45,357 nucleotides of DNA, from assembly GCF_001194135.2 (NCBI RefSeq), contig NC_068999.1:8440534-8485890 (forward strand), given 5' to 3'. Position numbers and translations under genes: made by a program. Position 1 is the first letter of the stretch, and each line of letters starts with the position of its first letter. The stretch comes from Octopus bimaculoides. Taxonomy: Eukaryota. Under the pieces are notes generated by a model. That model saw only the letters and a program-made list of their open reading frames with translations, did not search any database and was not told where the DNA came from. This document shows, piece by piece, positions 23,638 through 34,806 of this stretch.

Positions 23638-23950
23638 GGAGTGGCTGTGTGGTAAGTAGCTTGCTTACCAACCACATGATTCTGGGTTCAGTCCCACTGC
23701 GTGACACCTTGGGCAAGTGTCTTCTACTATAGCCTCGGGTCGACTAAAGCCTTGTGAGTGGATTTGGTGAGAGTTTACGAAAAAAACAACAACAGACGAG
23801 GACAGGTGGTGTAAACAACAAAAGGATGTATTAGTATAACGCTCGGGAATAGAGAAAGTCTTTAACGTTTCGAGCCTACGCTCTTCTACAGAAAGAATAA
23901 GGAGAAAAACACGGAGAAAAAAAATTGAATGTTTTGGTCAGCGATTAATC

Positions 23951-23983
<33 letters not shown>

Positions 23984-24130
23984 CGTGTGTATATGTTTGT
24001 GTGTCTGTGTTTGTCCCCCCCCCCCAACACCTCTTGACAACCGATGCTGGTGTGTTTACGTGCCCGTAACTTAGCGGTTCGGCAAAAGAGACCGATAGAA
24101 TAAGTACTAGGCTTCCAAAGAATAAGTCCT
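23638..24130 (+). mobile_element. SINE family A interrupted at about 23770-23945 by a minus-strand Penelope-type pseudo-LTR with hammerhead-like motif (23896-23859)
   Basis: Minus strand reads tcttt-CTGTAGA-a-GAGC-gtag-GCTC-GAAAC-GTT-aaaga. Confidence 0.8.
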
Positions 24131-24248
24131 GTTTTTAATATAATTGAACATAAAAACAAACATTAATTTAATATATGTATGTATATCTATGTCTATGTAT
24201 GTATGTATATATGCAGGTAAGTGTGTATGTACACACACATACATAGGT

Positions 24249-24283
<35 letters not shown>

Positions 24284-24391
24284 TGCCCACACCACCACCA
24301 CCACCGCTGCCGCCACTGCCATATCATCGATAAATAAAACAAAATAGCTTCTTTTTTTTTTGTTTTGTTTTAAAAAGACAAAATCACTTAC

Positions 24392-24586
24392 CTCAATGGT
24401 TATTTTACTGAATCCTATCTGTTTGGCAACATCCATAAATTCTTCCTTGTGAATTCCACCAAGTTTCGGATCAGCTGCTTCTGTGAAAGCCACATAGAAT
24501 TTAATTTCTCTTTCAGGCAATAATTCAGTCTTGGCAACTGGTTCCAAATTCAGAACCCGGTCTTCAATAATTTCACTGTCTGTCAT
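24392..24586 (-). CDS. Calmodulin-like EF-hand protein, first coding exon (MTDSEIIEDRVLNLEPVAKTELLPEREIKFYVAFTEAADPKLGGIHKEEFMDVAKQIGFSKITIE)
   Basis: ATG at 24586 in aaaatcATG context, 195 nt, consensus donor GAG|GTAAGT at 24391. Degenerate EF1 loop ADPKLGGIHKEE. The spliced product is 165 aa with four EF-hand-spaced motifs. Confidence 0.85.
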
Positions 24587-24849
24587 GATTTTCCTTTTCT
24601 AAAATCAACCTTTACTTATATATTTATTAATTTAATTAGTATTGTAATTATCTATTTTAAATTAATTTGTTTTTATATTTGATTTAGTTAATTAAACAGC
24701 TGGTTTCTTAAATCGTTAATTTGTTTGGTAACGGTGCTGTTCGGTTGTTCGTTTGTGGAGTGGCTGAAAATCTGTGTTGTTTAATATGAAAGTCTGAAGG
24801 AAATGAAAGAAAAGTTAGGTGTGCTTTTTTGTAGATGACAGACAACAGA

Positions 24850-26160
24850 AAACAGATTTGATAGGTTGGAAGTGTTGAAATGCTAAGGAAAGATAAAAAT
24901 GAAGGAAGATGAAAGAAAATATGGGTGAAACGAAGAAGATGAAGGTTTGCCGACGAAATAAGAAGAGAATGAGAGAGGAGGAGGAAGAGGAGGAGGACGG
25001 GAAAGTGTAAGAGAGAGAGAGAGAGAACTAGAGAGAGAAAGAGAAAGAACTTTAAGAAAAGGTGGAAAGAGGAAAAGCGAGAGAGCAAAGAAAGACAAAG
25101 AACGTATGGAGAGGTGGGAGACGGATAGGGAGGTGATAAAAGGATGTGAGCGTGTGTGTGAAAGAGAGAGAAAGAGAGAGAGGGGGAGAGAAATAGAGAC
25201 AGGAATATAAGAGGAGGTAGAAGGAGGGTAAGAAAGAGTAAAGAGACAGAAAGGAAGCGTAGTGTGTGTGAGTGTGTGTAAGTGCATGTGAGTATGTACC
25301 TGTTGTGTGTGCGAATGTCAATAGGTACGTACAAGACAGTGTGTATGGGTGAAACGAAAAATATGAATGTTTGCAGACGATATAAGAAGAGAATGAGTGA
25401 GGAAGAGGAGGAGAAAAGAAGGACGGGGAAAATGTAAGAGAGAGAGAGCGAAAGAGGGAAGAGGGGTTTAGAAACGCAGAATATGTGAATGATTCTGTGT
25501 AAGTGCGTGTGTGTGTGTGTACGAGAGAGAGAGAGGGGGGCTGGTGGTGGTGAGAGTAGACGTTTAAAGAGAAGCTGAGGGCAGGAGAAAGAAAGAAAGA
25601 AAGGCAAAGAGAGAAGATGATTTACAACTTTGGCTGAATGCCAGGAATTTTGGGCAGAGATATTTGGTTGGTTTATTCGACTCCACTGTAATAATTGACT
25701 GGTACCTAATTTAATCTACCCCAGAAGGACGAGGGGTGTACAGACAAACCCGGCGGTGTTTGTGCTTTTATACGCAAAGGAACGAAACTAGATACTGCGA
25801 GGTGTTTAGTCGTTCTGCGCTGTTCCCATTTAAGACAAGTAAGAGATGAAGCGAAGAAGAAATGGTAGAAAGAAGGATATTTAGAAGGGAAGAATGAGAA
25901 TGAGGTAGTTGAGATAGAAGATTGAAAGAAGGAGAAAAAGAAAGAAACTAAAAAACGATTAAAAGGGGGAAAGAAGAATGGGATAGAAAGGGGGAAAAGA
26001 TGAGGAAGAAGAAAAAAGAAAGAAGGAAAACTGATTGATATTGAAAGAAAGGTAGAAAGAGAAGAAAATAAGGAAAAGGAGGAATGAATGAATACGTGAA
26101 TGAAGGAAAGAAAGCTAGAAGGAGATGAAGAAAAAAGAAAGGAAGAAATAGAAAAAGGTA
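24850..26160. repeat. Purine-rich (GA/GAA) low-complexity region
   Basis: Direct reading. Gives the spurious Leu/Ser/Phe-rich minus-strand ORFs. Confidence 0.9.
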
Positions 26161-26867
26161 AAGTTCCCTTGGTTAATCCAATATATCATTTAAGGTGCTG
26201 GTTCGCATAAGTGAGTAGATTTGACTTCTATCTTATATAAGATCGTCTTGGTATCAAGATTAATTCAGGAAGCATCTCAAAGAGGTTCTTCCATGGGTTT
26301 CCAGCCTCAGTAGCAGAGCTGGATCTCTGCGGTTGTGTTTTGTATCATGTTAGGGGTTGCAGCAATAACTGAATTTAACTGTATGCCTATTAAACAATTT
26401 TTTTTTTGTGCCCTTGTGTGAAATGTTAATCAAATTTTAGAAGATGGCTGGTTAGGTGGAGAAAGCCGTATGACCTTCTCAAGCCTCGTTTTTCTTGTGG
26501 TACTATGGTGAGGTAATAAGGGAATTTTATTTTTGATACCGTTTTTTAGTAAGGGGCTACGCAATTGAAGAACTCTTTGCTGGACGACTGCTTGGGGATT
26601 GAACTGCTTTCGCCTTTCACGAGCTTTTTGAAAATACATAAAGGTAAAAGGACCCTGCGTTAATTTATGGTATGTGAGTTCCTCATTTTTATTTCCTAAA
26701 ATACTTAAAAGGATCAATGTTAAGATCAAGAATAAGATCCGAGAAGTTGATCACAGGAACGTTAGTGTCAATAGTACTTTCAAAGCAGGTGGATACGAAC
26801 ATCTCTAAAACATCGTTTCTTAACCAATTTAACATGCGATCATTTGCATAGTTGGAATTGCTGAGAG

Positions 26868-27670
26868 GCGCATGGTTTAGTGGCTAGGGTATTGGATTTG
26901 TGATCGTAAGATTGTGGTTTCGATCCCTGGACCGGGAGATGCGTTGTGTTCTTGAGCAAAACACTTCATTTCACGTTGCTTCAGTTCCCTCAACCCGCAA
27001 AAACGAGTAATACTGCAACGGACTGGCGTCCCATCCAGGTGCAGAATATATACTCTACAGCAGTGGTTCCCAAACTTTTTAGAGACACGACCCACTATTT
27101 ATGACACCAGTTTATGGTGACCCACTTAACTCTACTGGGTCAAAACATTAATGAAAGAAACAAATTTATTTCAGATTAGATTTTCATTGAGGCCTGTGAG
27201 AAGGCCTCATTTATATTAGATGTGAAACAAAACGTTTTATAACTGTTTCAACGTCTCCATACCCTATGAGCAGGTATTAACTCTAATACAAAACCTCGAA
27301 GCAGTAACTGTTATCGGCTCGATCAGTGTTGTACTGCGCCTAGTTAAAGTTCTCTATAAATCGGTAAAAACAGACTTTTCCTTTTTACGATTACGTACGA
27401 ATAAATAACTTGAGAAAATGACCACCTCTGATTTGTTAAGTTCGTGAAAAAAGCCTACTGCTTGATAAAAAACAACCAGTCTGATATTGAAAACATGCGT
27501 CTTGAACTATCTCGATAGACAGCAGTTAATCAAAGCTAATGCGTAATTTTATAACTTTTTGCGACCCACTAGGATTCCGTTCGCGACTCATAGTTTGGGA
27601 ACCACTGCTCTACAGAAACGGGAAACTAGCCCGTATGAGTCGGCATGACTCCAGAACGTACCTTTACTTT
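26868..27670 (+). mobile_element. tRNA-derived SINE (family D-type head) split by the hAT MITE
   Basis: Head ggcgcatggtttagtggc...ggtttcgatccc...ttcttgagcaaaacacttcatttcac. Body resumes after 27607 with ctctacagaaacgggaaac. Confidence 0.75.
27061..27607. mobile_element. hAT (Charlie-like) MITE, 547 bp
   Basis: Perfect 15-bp TIR CAGTGGTTCCCAAAC / GTTTGGGAACCACTG and perfect 8-bp TSD CTCTACAG (27053-27060, 27608-27615). Confidence 0.95.
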
Positions 27671-27745
27671 TTTAGGTAATTGGCTAAGGCATCGCCCATA
27701 TACAAATCAAAACCAGCGGAAGGGGGTTCTTATTTTAAAAATACC

Positions 27746-28030
27746 TCAGATGGACAGTCCAACGAGATCATAGATGACTGCGATATCGAACGACCCCATG
27801 CTCACATCGAAGGTACTTTTTGGGTCTAACTTTTTCATGTAAGCTGAGTCCTTCTCAAAGAGTTGTTTTTTTTTCTTCTTCTAGCATGGAATATGACCTC
27901 TAAGTTTTTGACGCTTTAAGAAGTTTAGTAAATACGAGCATCTTATTGAGTAAATCTTCTGATATCAAAGATTTAAATAACGATATCGAATTAAATGGAT
28001 CTAAAACAACCATTGTCTCATATCCTTGCA
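27746..28030 (-). mobile_element. Decayed Penelope-like element RT fragment (FDVxMGS type)
   Basis: Frameshifted pieces FDIV..SLISEDLLNKMLVFTK, EVIFHAR and KDSAYMKKLDPKSTFDVSMGSFDIAVIYDLVGLSI* resemble the FDI..FYPSI..LL..AL / W.KK..FDVTMGSFDGAE.CELVGL pattern of invertebrate Penelope-like RTs. Confidence 0.7.
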
Positions 28031-29887
28031 CTAAGAGATAAAATAAATACAACTAAGCGATGCAAGATCAGCACAGAAGACAAGAGTATAATTCTAAAGA
28101 ACTTTCAAGCATCAGGCTTGTGCCGTAATGCCAAGACAGAGATATTTGGCCTCTGCATTCAAGAAAGAAGTTTCATACAAGACACAAAGCTCCTTTTCGT
28201 CAATGGATAAGATTTAATCCTTTCCCAATAAACGTTTTGCTCAACTAACCTTTGTCTCAAAATGCATTTATATTTTTATATAATTTTAAGTATTTTTTTC
28301 TTTTCTGTATTTTATCCGAGATTTTTTTCCCCTAAATTTAATTTTCCCGAAACCTTCCGGATTTTCTGGGGGGTTTTTTCCGAATTTTCATCTCCACTCT
28401 TCAATTCTTTCGCTCTTTCCTCATTTTCTGTTCCCCTATCGTTTTCAAGTTCTTACAATACGAATGGAATATATGTATTTAGGTGTGTGAGAGCGCGTAC
28501 GTGTGTGTGTGTGTGTGTGTGCCAAACGAAATAACTTTCTCCTCATAAAACCTGGAGAATGGCTCCTTTCAGTATTTCAAAGGAGNNNNNNNNNNATGAA
28601 AAACAACACCGCTCAGACATTCACTTACGAATCTACCATAATATATTAAGAATAAATACCTACGAAACACTTGACCCTGTGATATCTGCAGAAGGAACAG
28701 AAGGGTTTCAAATAATGTGAATATTTTAGTCAGCATTGAGAGTAGGAACTTATGACATCTTTTAGTTGTTACTTAGGGAATGCATTTGATATGTATTCCC
28801 TTATTACACCTAAATTAAGTGCCTAACGTTAGGAAGGGCCTCCAGCCTTAAGACCAATTCCGAAGTAAACTCTGGAGCATGCCACTGTCTTGCAGTTCAT
28901 CAGATGTCAAATCACTCTACTCTTGTCAATATGGAAGCCAGGCAATGATTTGACGACACAAACGAGATGTAAGTGGTTATGAAGGGGAGCGTATAACACC
29001 CGAATTTTTTCAAAGAGTATAAAGAGTATACAAGAGCTGGGGAGGTCAACGATGGGCTCAAATGCATTGTTTATGATGGAGACTATTGAGTGGCACCTTC
29101 GAACACAGGGAAAGAGTTCCTCTACAATTTCAACGATATATGTCAATAAAATGTTGTACTACGCACTCCCGCATTACTTTCGACACAATTCTTGTGTGGG
29201 TATGTTTATATTTTTTTAAATAAATAATACAGATATGGAGACTTACTTTTGAGACTTGAAGTTTCTGTATCAATGATACAATGAATGCTACACTGCTTCA
29301 CCTGTCGTAAGCTTGGTCCCCGTAGTTGATAGGATTACAAGTATTGGCTTTGCGAAGCTTGAAGTCCTGAATATAAGTTGCCATAACCACATCATTCCAT
29401 AAATATAGTCCGCTAGTCCCAACGATATTGTAGCCTACCTCTTTTTTTTTAGTCGCACGCAGTTTGTGTGTGTGTGTGTGTAGACAAACTGTACGTAAAT
29501 ACACAAAAGCCGTACCTACAAACTCCCTCCTTCCTTGAACTTCCTGAAATATATTTTTTTGATACTTACAGTTAGAACTGTTAACATATCATGTGTTGTA
29601 ACGAATCCAGGTAAATAAGTACTTGAGAAAGAGTGCGGAGATGGACTTCCGTTATTTCCTACCCAGCCTGCCACCAGCGGTACATTTGAGGCCAAATACA
29701 TTGCCAAACCAAACTCTCGCTAAAATCATCACAGCAACATCCACGATTTCTGTACACATGCTTAATATAATACGTACGTACGTATGTATGCATGTTAACA
29801 TACATCCATTATATTAAGCATGTGAACGGAGATTGAGGAGGGTGCTCTATGTATGTGTGTGTATTTCTTACGTGCACATATATACCG

Positions 29888-29956
29888 TGGAGGCGCAATG
29901 GCCCAGTGGTTAGGGCAGCGGACTCGCGGTTATAGGATCGCGGTTTCAATTTCCAG
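29888..29956 (+). mobile_element. SINE family C head only
   Basis: ggaggcgcaatggcccagtggttagggcagcggactcgcggttataggatcgcggtttcaatttccag, nearly identical to the head at 16138. Confidence 0.85.
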
Positions 29957-30234
29957 GTCAAGAATAGGCTTGCCACGTCTCCGGCCACACTGACACCAAT
30001 AGCCGCTCCCTGGACCTGCATGTATAGTTTTTCATTGAATTTAACTATTTGGTTCTGCAGGGTGGTCTTCAGACTTGCACCTACAGCATGTGAAACCATT
30101 TTTCGTGTTTGGATATTATCCTCTGGGTCGTGGGTGGGTGTAGTCCATCCATTCCAACGCTCTGCGGTGGTTTTTCTAGCAGCTGATGTGATCGTAGGCG
30201 GTCTACCCCGTCCTGACCTGACGTATCCACATCA
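29957..30234 (-). mobile_element. Penelope-like element RT fragment, Naiad-like (insertion-in-fingers region plus motif B), bounded by a gap
   Basis: About 91 stop-free codons: CGYVRSGRGRPPTITSAARKTTAERWNGWTTPTHDPEDNIQTRKMVSHAVGASLKTTLQNQIVKFNEKLYMQVQGAAIGVSVAGDVASLFL. The F...LY.Q..G.AIG.S....VA.LF motif is typical of Penelope-like RT motif B. Confidence 0.7.
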
Positions 30235-30594
30235 NNNNNNNNNNNNNNNNNNNNNNNNNNNNNNNNNNNNNNNNNNNNNNNNNNNNNNNNNNNNNNNNNN
30301 NNNNNNNNNNNNNNNNNNNNNNNNNNNNNNNNNNNNNNNNNNNNNNNNNNNNNNNNNNNNNNNNNNNNNNNNNNNNNNNNNNNNNNNNNNNNNNNNNNNN
30401 NNNNNNNNNNNNNNNNNNNNNNNNNNNNNNNNNNNNNNNNNNNNNNNNNNNNNNNNNNNNNNNNNNNNNNNNNNNNNNNNNNNNNNNNNNNNNNNNNNNN
30501 NNNNNNNNNNNNNNNNNNNNNNNNNNNNNNNNNCATATTGTCGAAAGGGAAGTGTTCTCCACTGCCAGAAAAACCCAGCAGCAAAAAAATATTC

Positions 30595-31270
30595 ATGCTC
30601 AACACTGCGAGGAATATATTCTTTTGTATTCTAGGCACAAGGCCCGAAATTATTGGGGAGGAGGGGCAGTCGATTAGATCGACCCTAGTACGCAACTGAT
30701 ACTTAATTTATCGACCCTGAAAGGATGAAATGTAAAGTTGGCCTCGGCAGAATTTGAACTCAGAACTTAAAGACAGACGAAATACTGCAAAGCATTTCGC
30801 CTGGTGTGCTAACGCTTCTGCCAGCTCGCTACCTTCTTAAAATTTCAATAATATTCTACTCTAGGCACAAGGCCCAAAATTTTTTGGGAGGGGGCCCAGA
30901 TGATTAGATCGACCCCAGTACACAACTGGTACTTAATTTATTGACCCCGAAATGATGAAAGGCAAAGTTCACTTCAGCGAAATTTGAACTCAGAACGAAA
31001 AGACAGAAGAAATACCGCTAAGCATTTCACCCGGCGTGCTAACGTTTCTTATTTCTTTATTGCCCACAAGGGGCTACACATAGAGGGGACAAACTAGGAC
31101 AGACAAAGGGATTAAGTCGATTATATCGACCCCAGTGCGTAACTGGTACTTATTTAATCGACCCCGAAAGGATGAAAGGCAAAGTCGACCTCGGTGGAAT
31201 TTGAACTCAGAACGTAGCGGCGGACGAAATGCCGCTAAGCATTTCGCCCGGCGTGCTAACGTTTCTGCCA
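30595..31270 (-). mobile_element. Three stacked SINE family B copies (about 30595-30835, 30848-31048, 31049-31270)
   Basis: aatttgaactcagaac...gaaata...ctaagcatttc..ccgg.gtgctaacg repeated three times. Confidence 0.88.
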
Positions 31271-31449
31271 GGAATGTATTAGGAATGAAAAATAATCATG
31301 CTAAGCAGTCATTAAATACAGTTCGTTAAAATTTTTATTTAAAGAGATATTTGGTTGAGTTAGAATTGATGGTTTGTTGAGAAGAAGCTGCACTGGTATG
31401 TAACCTCTCACTAGAATCCTTGTGAAGGTGTGTGGATAAGTGGATGATA

Positions 31450-31812
31450 AAATGATGACAATGAGGATGATGTTGATGATGATGATGATGAAAACAATCT
31501 CTTGCTACTAGCAATGTAGCCGATTTTTTTTTTGTGTTTGAGATTGTATGTCAGCATGTAAGATGGCCATTAAATGATAATGATGATGATGATAATAATG
31601 ATAATGATGATGATGATGATGATGATGATGACTATAACGACGATGATGATAATGACGATGATGATAGTGTTGATGCTGATGATGATGATGACGACGTTGA
31701 TGACGATGATGATTACGTGATGTTGACAAGGACGACGACGATAATGACGATAACAACAACGATGATGATGATGACGATAACAACAACGATGATGATGATG
31801 ATGATGATGATG
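31450..31812. repeat. Compound (GAT/GAC/AAT) trinucleotide microsatellite
   Basis: Direct reading. Source of the poly-D, poly-S and poly-H pseudo-ORFs. Confidence 0.95.
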
Positions 31813-32464
31813 TCCAAATGTTGTGTGTCATTCAATTTTTATTTTGCAACTATTATTGTTGTTCTTGTTGTTTTTGTTGGTGGTGATGGTGTTGCAAGCA
31901 TCATTGTTTCCATTAACTGCTGTTGTTGTTGCTGATGTTCCTGTTGCTGTTTCCGGTAACAATATTCTTGTTGATGTTCATAATGATGCAGTCATTAGTT
32001 GTTCTGCTGTGGTTGCTGCTGCAGAGGAAGTTCCCTGCATTCAAACCCGAATGACTCAGACCAATCATTGTCTGAGCCTTAAGCAAGGGAGCTGTCCTTT
32101 GTAAGGGACAATCTTTGTGTTCCCTTCTGCCATGCTTGACTGCTCTGTTTGTGCTGCTGCTTCTTCTTCTGCTGCTGCTGCTGCTGTTCACGGCTGCGAT
32201 ATTGAGCACTCAGCTGTGCGTTCCCTTTTAGTGTGACTCGACAATGCTTCCACTTCATCCTGGGGCTCAGACACTTTGATTGGTTACCACGGCTGAGGAT
32301 GGTGGTGCTGCCTGGCGGTTTGGTGGTGATAGCACCTGATATATATATATATATATATATATAAANNNNNNNNNNNNNNNNNNNNNNNNNNNNNNNNNNN
32401 NNNNNNNNNNNNNNNNNNNNNNNNNNNNNNNNNNNNNNNNNNNNNNNNNNNNNNNNNNNNNNNN

Positions 32465-32517
<53 letters not shown>

Positions 32518-32641
32518 GATAATCATAATAATAATTTTGTTGACCTCAGTAGAATTTGAACTCAGAACATGGAGACAGATGAAACACCACTAAGCATCAT
32601 GCCTGGCATGCTAACGACTCTGCCAGCTCGACAGCTTTATA

Positions 32642-32688
<47 letters not shown>

Positions 32689-32689
32689 A

Positions 32690-33030
32690 ATGCAGTACCA
32701 GGTACTGAGTCTCGTGGCTTTTTATCTTAATTGATTGGAAGTGTTGTCATGTACATTGTTTTGTCTTCATATAAAAGATGGGCTACAGCAAATATTCTGT
32801 TCGATACCACAGATTTGCTTGTCAGTTGTTTGACTTTAACCAGTTGAGCATTTTCCCTTAGTGGCTGACGATATGTGCATCTCTGATCATGAGCAGAAGT
32901 AGTGGGGGAGCATCATATCCATGTGTTCAGAGGAATTCTTTGGGGTTTGAATAACTCACCTTTGGAAACATGGGTGTTTTGCTCAACATCCTTAAACAAC
33001 CCTTATTCAGGGACCTTTTGAGCAGGTTGG
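32690..33030 (-). mobile_element. Dispersed LINE-like non-coding element with trinucleotide tail; second copy at about 42605-43015
   Basis: Long shared sequence (gcagtaccagg...gattggaagtgtt.tcatgtacattgttttgtctt...ggaaacatgg.tgttt...caacatccttaaacaaccc). Both copies abut (GAT)n or (AAT)n. Confidence 0.75.
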
Positions 33031-34590
33031 GCATCCGCCTTTTGTCGAACAAAACAACCCCAGGACTTATTCTTTGTAAGCCCAGTACTTATTCTATCGG
33101 TCTCTTTTGCCGAACCGCTAGATTACAGGGACATGAACACACCAACATCGGTTGTCAAGTGATGGTGGTGAGGACAAACAGATACAAAGACACACAAACA
33201 CATAGATATATACATATATCATCATCATCATCATCATCATCATCATCGTTTAACGTCTGCTTTCCATACTAGCATGGGTTGGACGATTTGACTGAGGACT
33301 GGTGAAACCGGATGGCAACACCAGGCTCCAATCTAATTTGGCAGAGTTTCTACAGCTGGATGCCCTTCCTAACGCCAACCACTCAGAGAGTAAACATATA
33401 TGTTGGGCTTCTTTCANNNNNNNNNNNNNNNNNNNNNNNNNNNNNNNNNNNNNNNNNNNNNNNNNNNNNNNNNNNNNNNNNNNNNNNNNNNNNNNNNNNN
33501 NNNNNNNNNNNNNNNNNNNNNNNNNNNNNNNNNNNNNNNNNNNNNNNNNNNNNNNNNNNNNNNNNNNNNNNNNNNNNNNNNNNNNNNNNNNNNNNNNNNN
33601 NNNNNNNNNNNNNNNNNNNNNNNNNNNNNNNNNNNNNNNNNNNNNNNNNNNNNNNNNNNNNNNNNNNNNNNNNNNNNNNNNNNNNNNNNNNNNNNNNNNN
33701 NNNNNNNNNNNNNNNNNNNNNNNNNNNNNNNNNNNNNNNNNNNNNNNNNNNNNNNNNNNNNNNNNNNNNNNNNNNNNNNNNNNNNNNNNNNNNNNNNNNN
33801 NNNNNNNNNNNNNNNNNNNNNNNNNNNNNNNNNNNNNNNNNNNNNNNNNNNNNNNNNNNNNNNNNNNNNNNNNNNNNNNNNNNNNNNNNNNNNNNNNNNN
33901 NNNNNNNNNNNNNNNNNNNNNNNNNNNNNNNNNNNNNNNNNNNNNNNNNNNNNNNNNNNNNNNNNNNNNNNNNNNNNNNNNNNNNNNNNNNNNNNNNNNN
34001 NNNNNNNNNNNNNNNNNNNNNNNNNNNNNNNNNNNNNNNNNNNNNNNNNNNNNNNNNNNNNNNNNNNNNNNNNNNNNNNNNNNNNNNNNNNNNNNNNNNN
34101 NNNNNNNNNNNNNNNNNNNNNNNNNNNNNNNNNNNNNNNNNNNNNNNNNNNNNNNNNNNNNNNNNNNNNNNNNNNNNNNNNNNNNNNNNNNNNNNNNNNN
34201 NNNNNNNNNNNNNNNNNNNNNNNNNNNNNNNNNNNNNNNNNNNNNNNNNNNNNNNNNNNNNNNNNNNNNNNNNNNNNNNNNNNNNNNNNNNNNNNNNNNN
34301 NNNNNNNNNNNNNNNNNNNNNNNNNNNNNNNNNNNNNNNNNNNNNNNNNNNNNNNNNNNNNNNNNNTATATATATAACATATATATAAGAATATCTGAAG
34401 AAGGAATTGTATTCCGAAATATCATCAGACTATGGATGACTAAATTACAACAGGTATATAGTCCATTTTGTGTATTATAGTGCATTGTTGTACCATTCAA
34501 AACTTTTTATTCTTTACAAACAATACACAATGCTTCAAGTGAACTACAAAACTCTATGTATGTATGTATGTATGTATGTATATACACATA

Positions 34591-34806
34591 CAGGGTGGCC
34601 CAAAAGTAGGTTTATAGTTATTCAACTATTTCTCTCGTGTTCATATATTAACAGTTTAGATCTTAATTATACAAAAAAAAATATGAACCCATTATTCTAT
34701 GCTAATTTAATTAATTGCAAGATAGAAATTTAAATGTAATAAAATGCTTTAAAAGAAATTTAGAGTGGCTACGTGATAATTGTAAACCTACTTTTGGGCC
34801 ACCCTG
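34591..34806. mobile_element. Tc1/mariner-type MITE
   Basis: Perfect 24-bp TIR CAGGGTGGCCCAAAAGTAGGTTTA. TA on the left; right flank reads cgta. Confidence 0.85.

Noticed and set aside
24708-25607. 299-aa Leu/Ser/Phe-rich ORF and overlapping frames
   Set aside because: Translation of CT-rich low-complexity DNA; no domain signal.
28907-29504. Minus-strand ORFs (IVEIVEELFPC..., YNIVGTSGLYLW...) with faint GPCR-like look
   Set aside because: No DRY or NPxxY-type anchors, no consistent splice sites, stops in neighbouring frames.
31508-31935. Poly-Asp, poly-Ser and poly-His ORFs
   Set aside because: Compound (GAT)n microsatellite.
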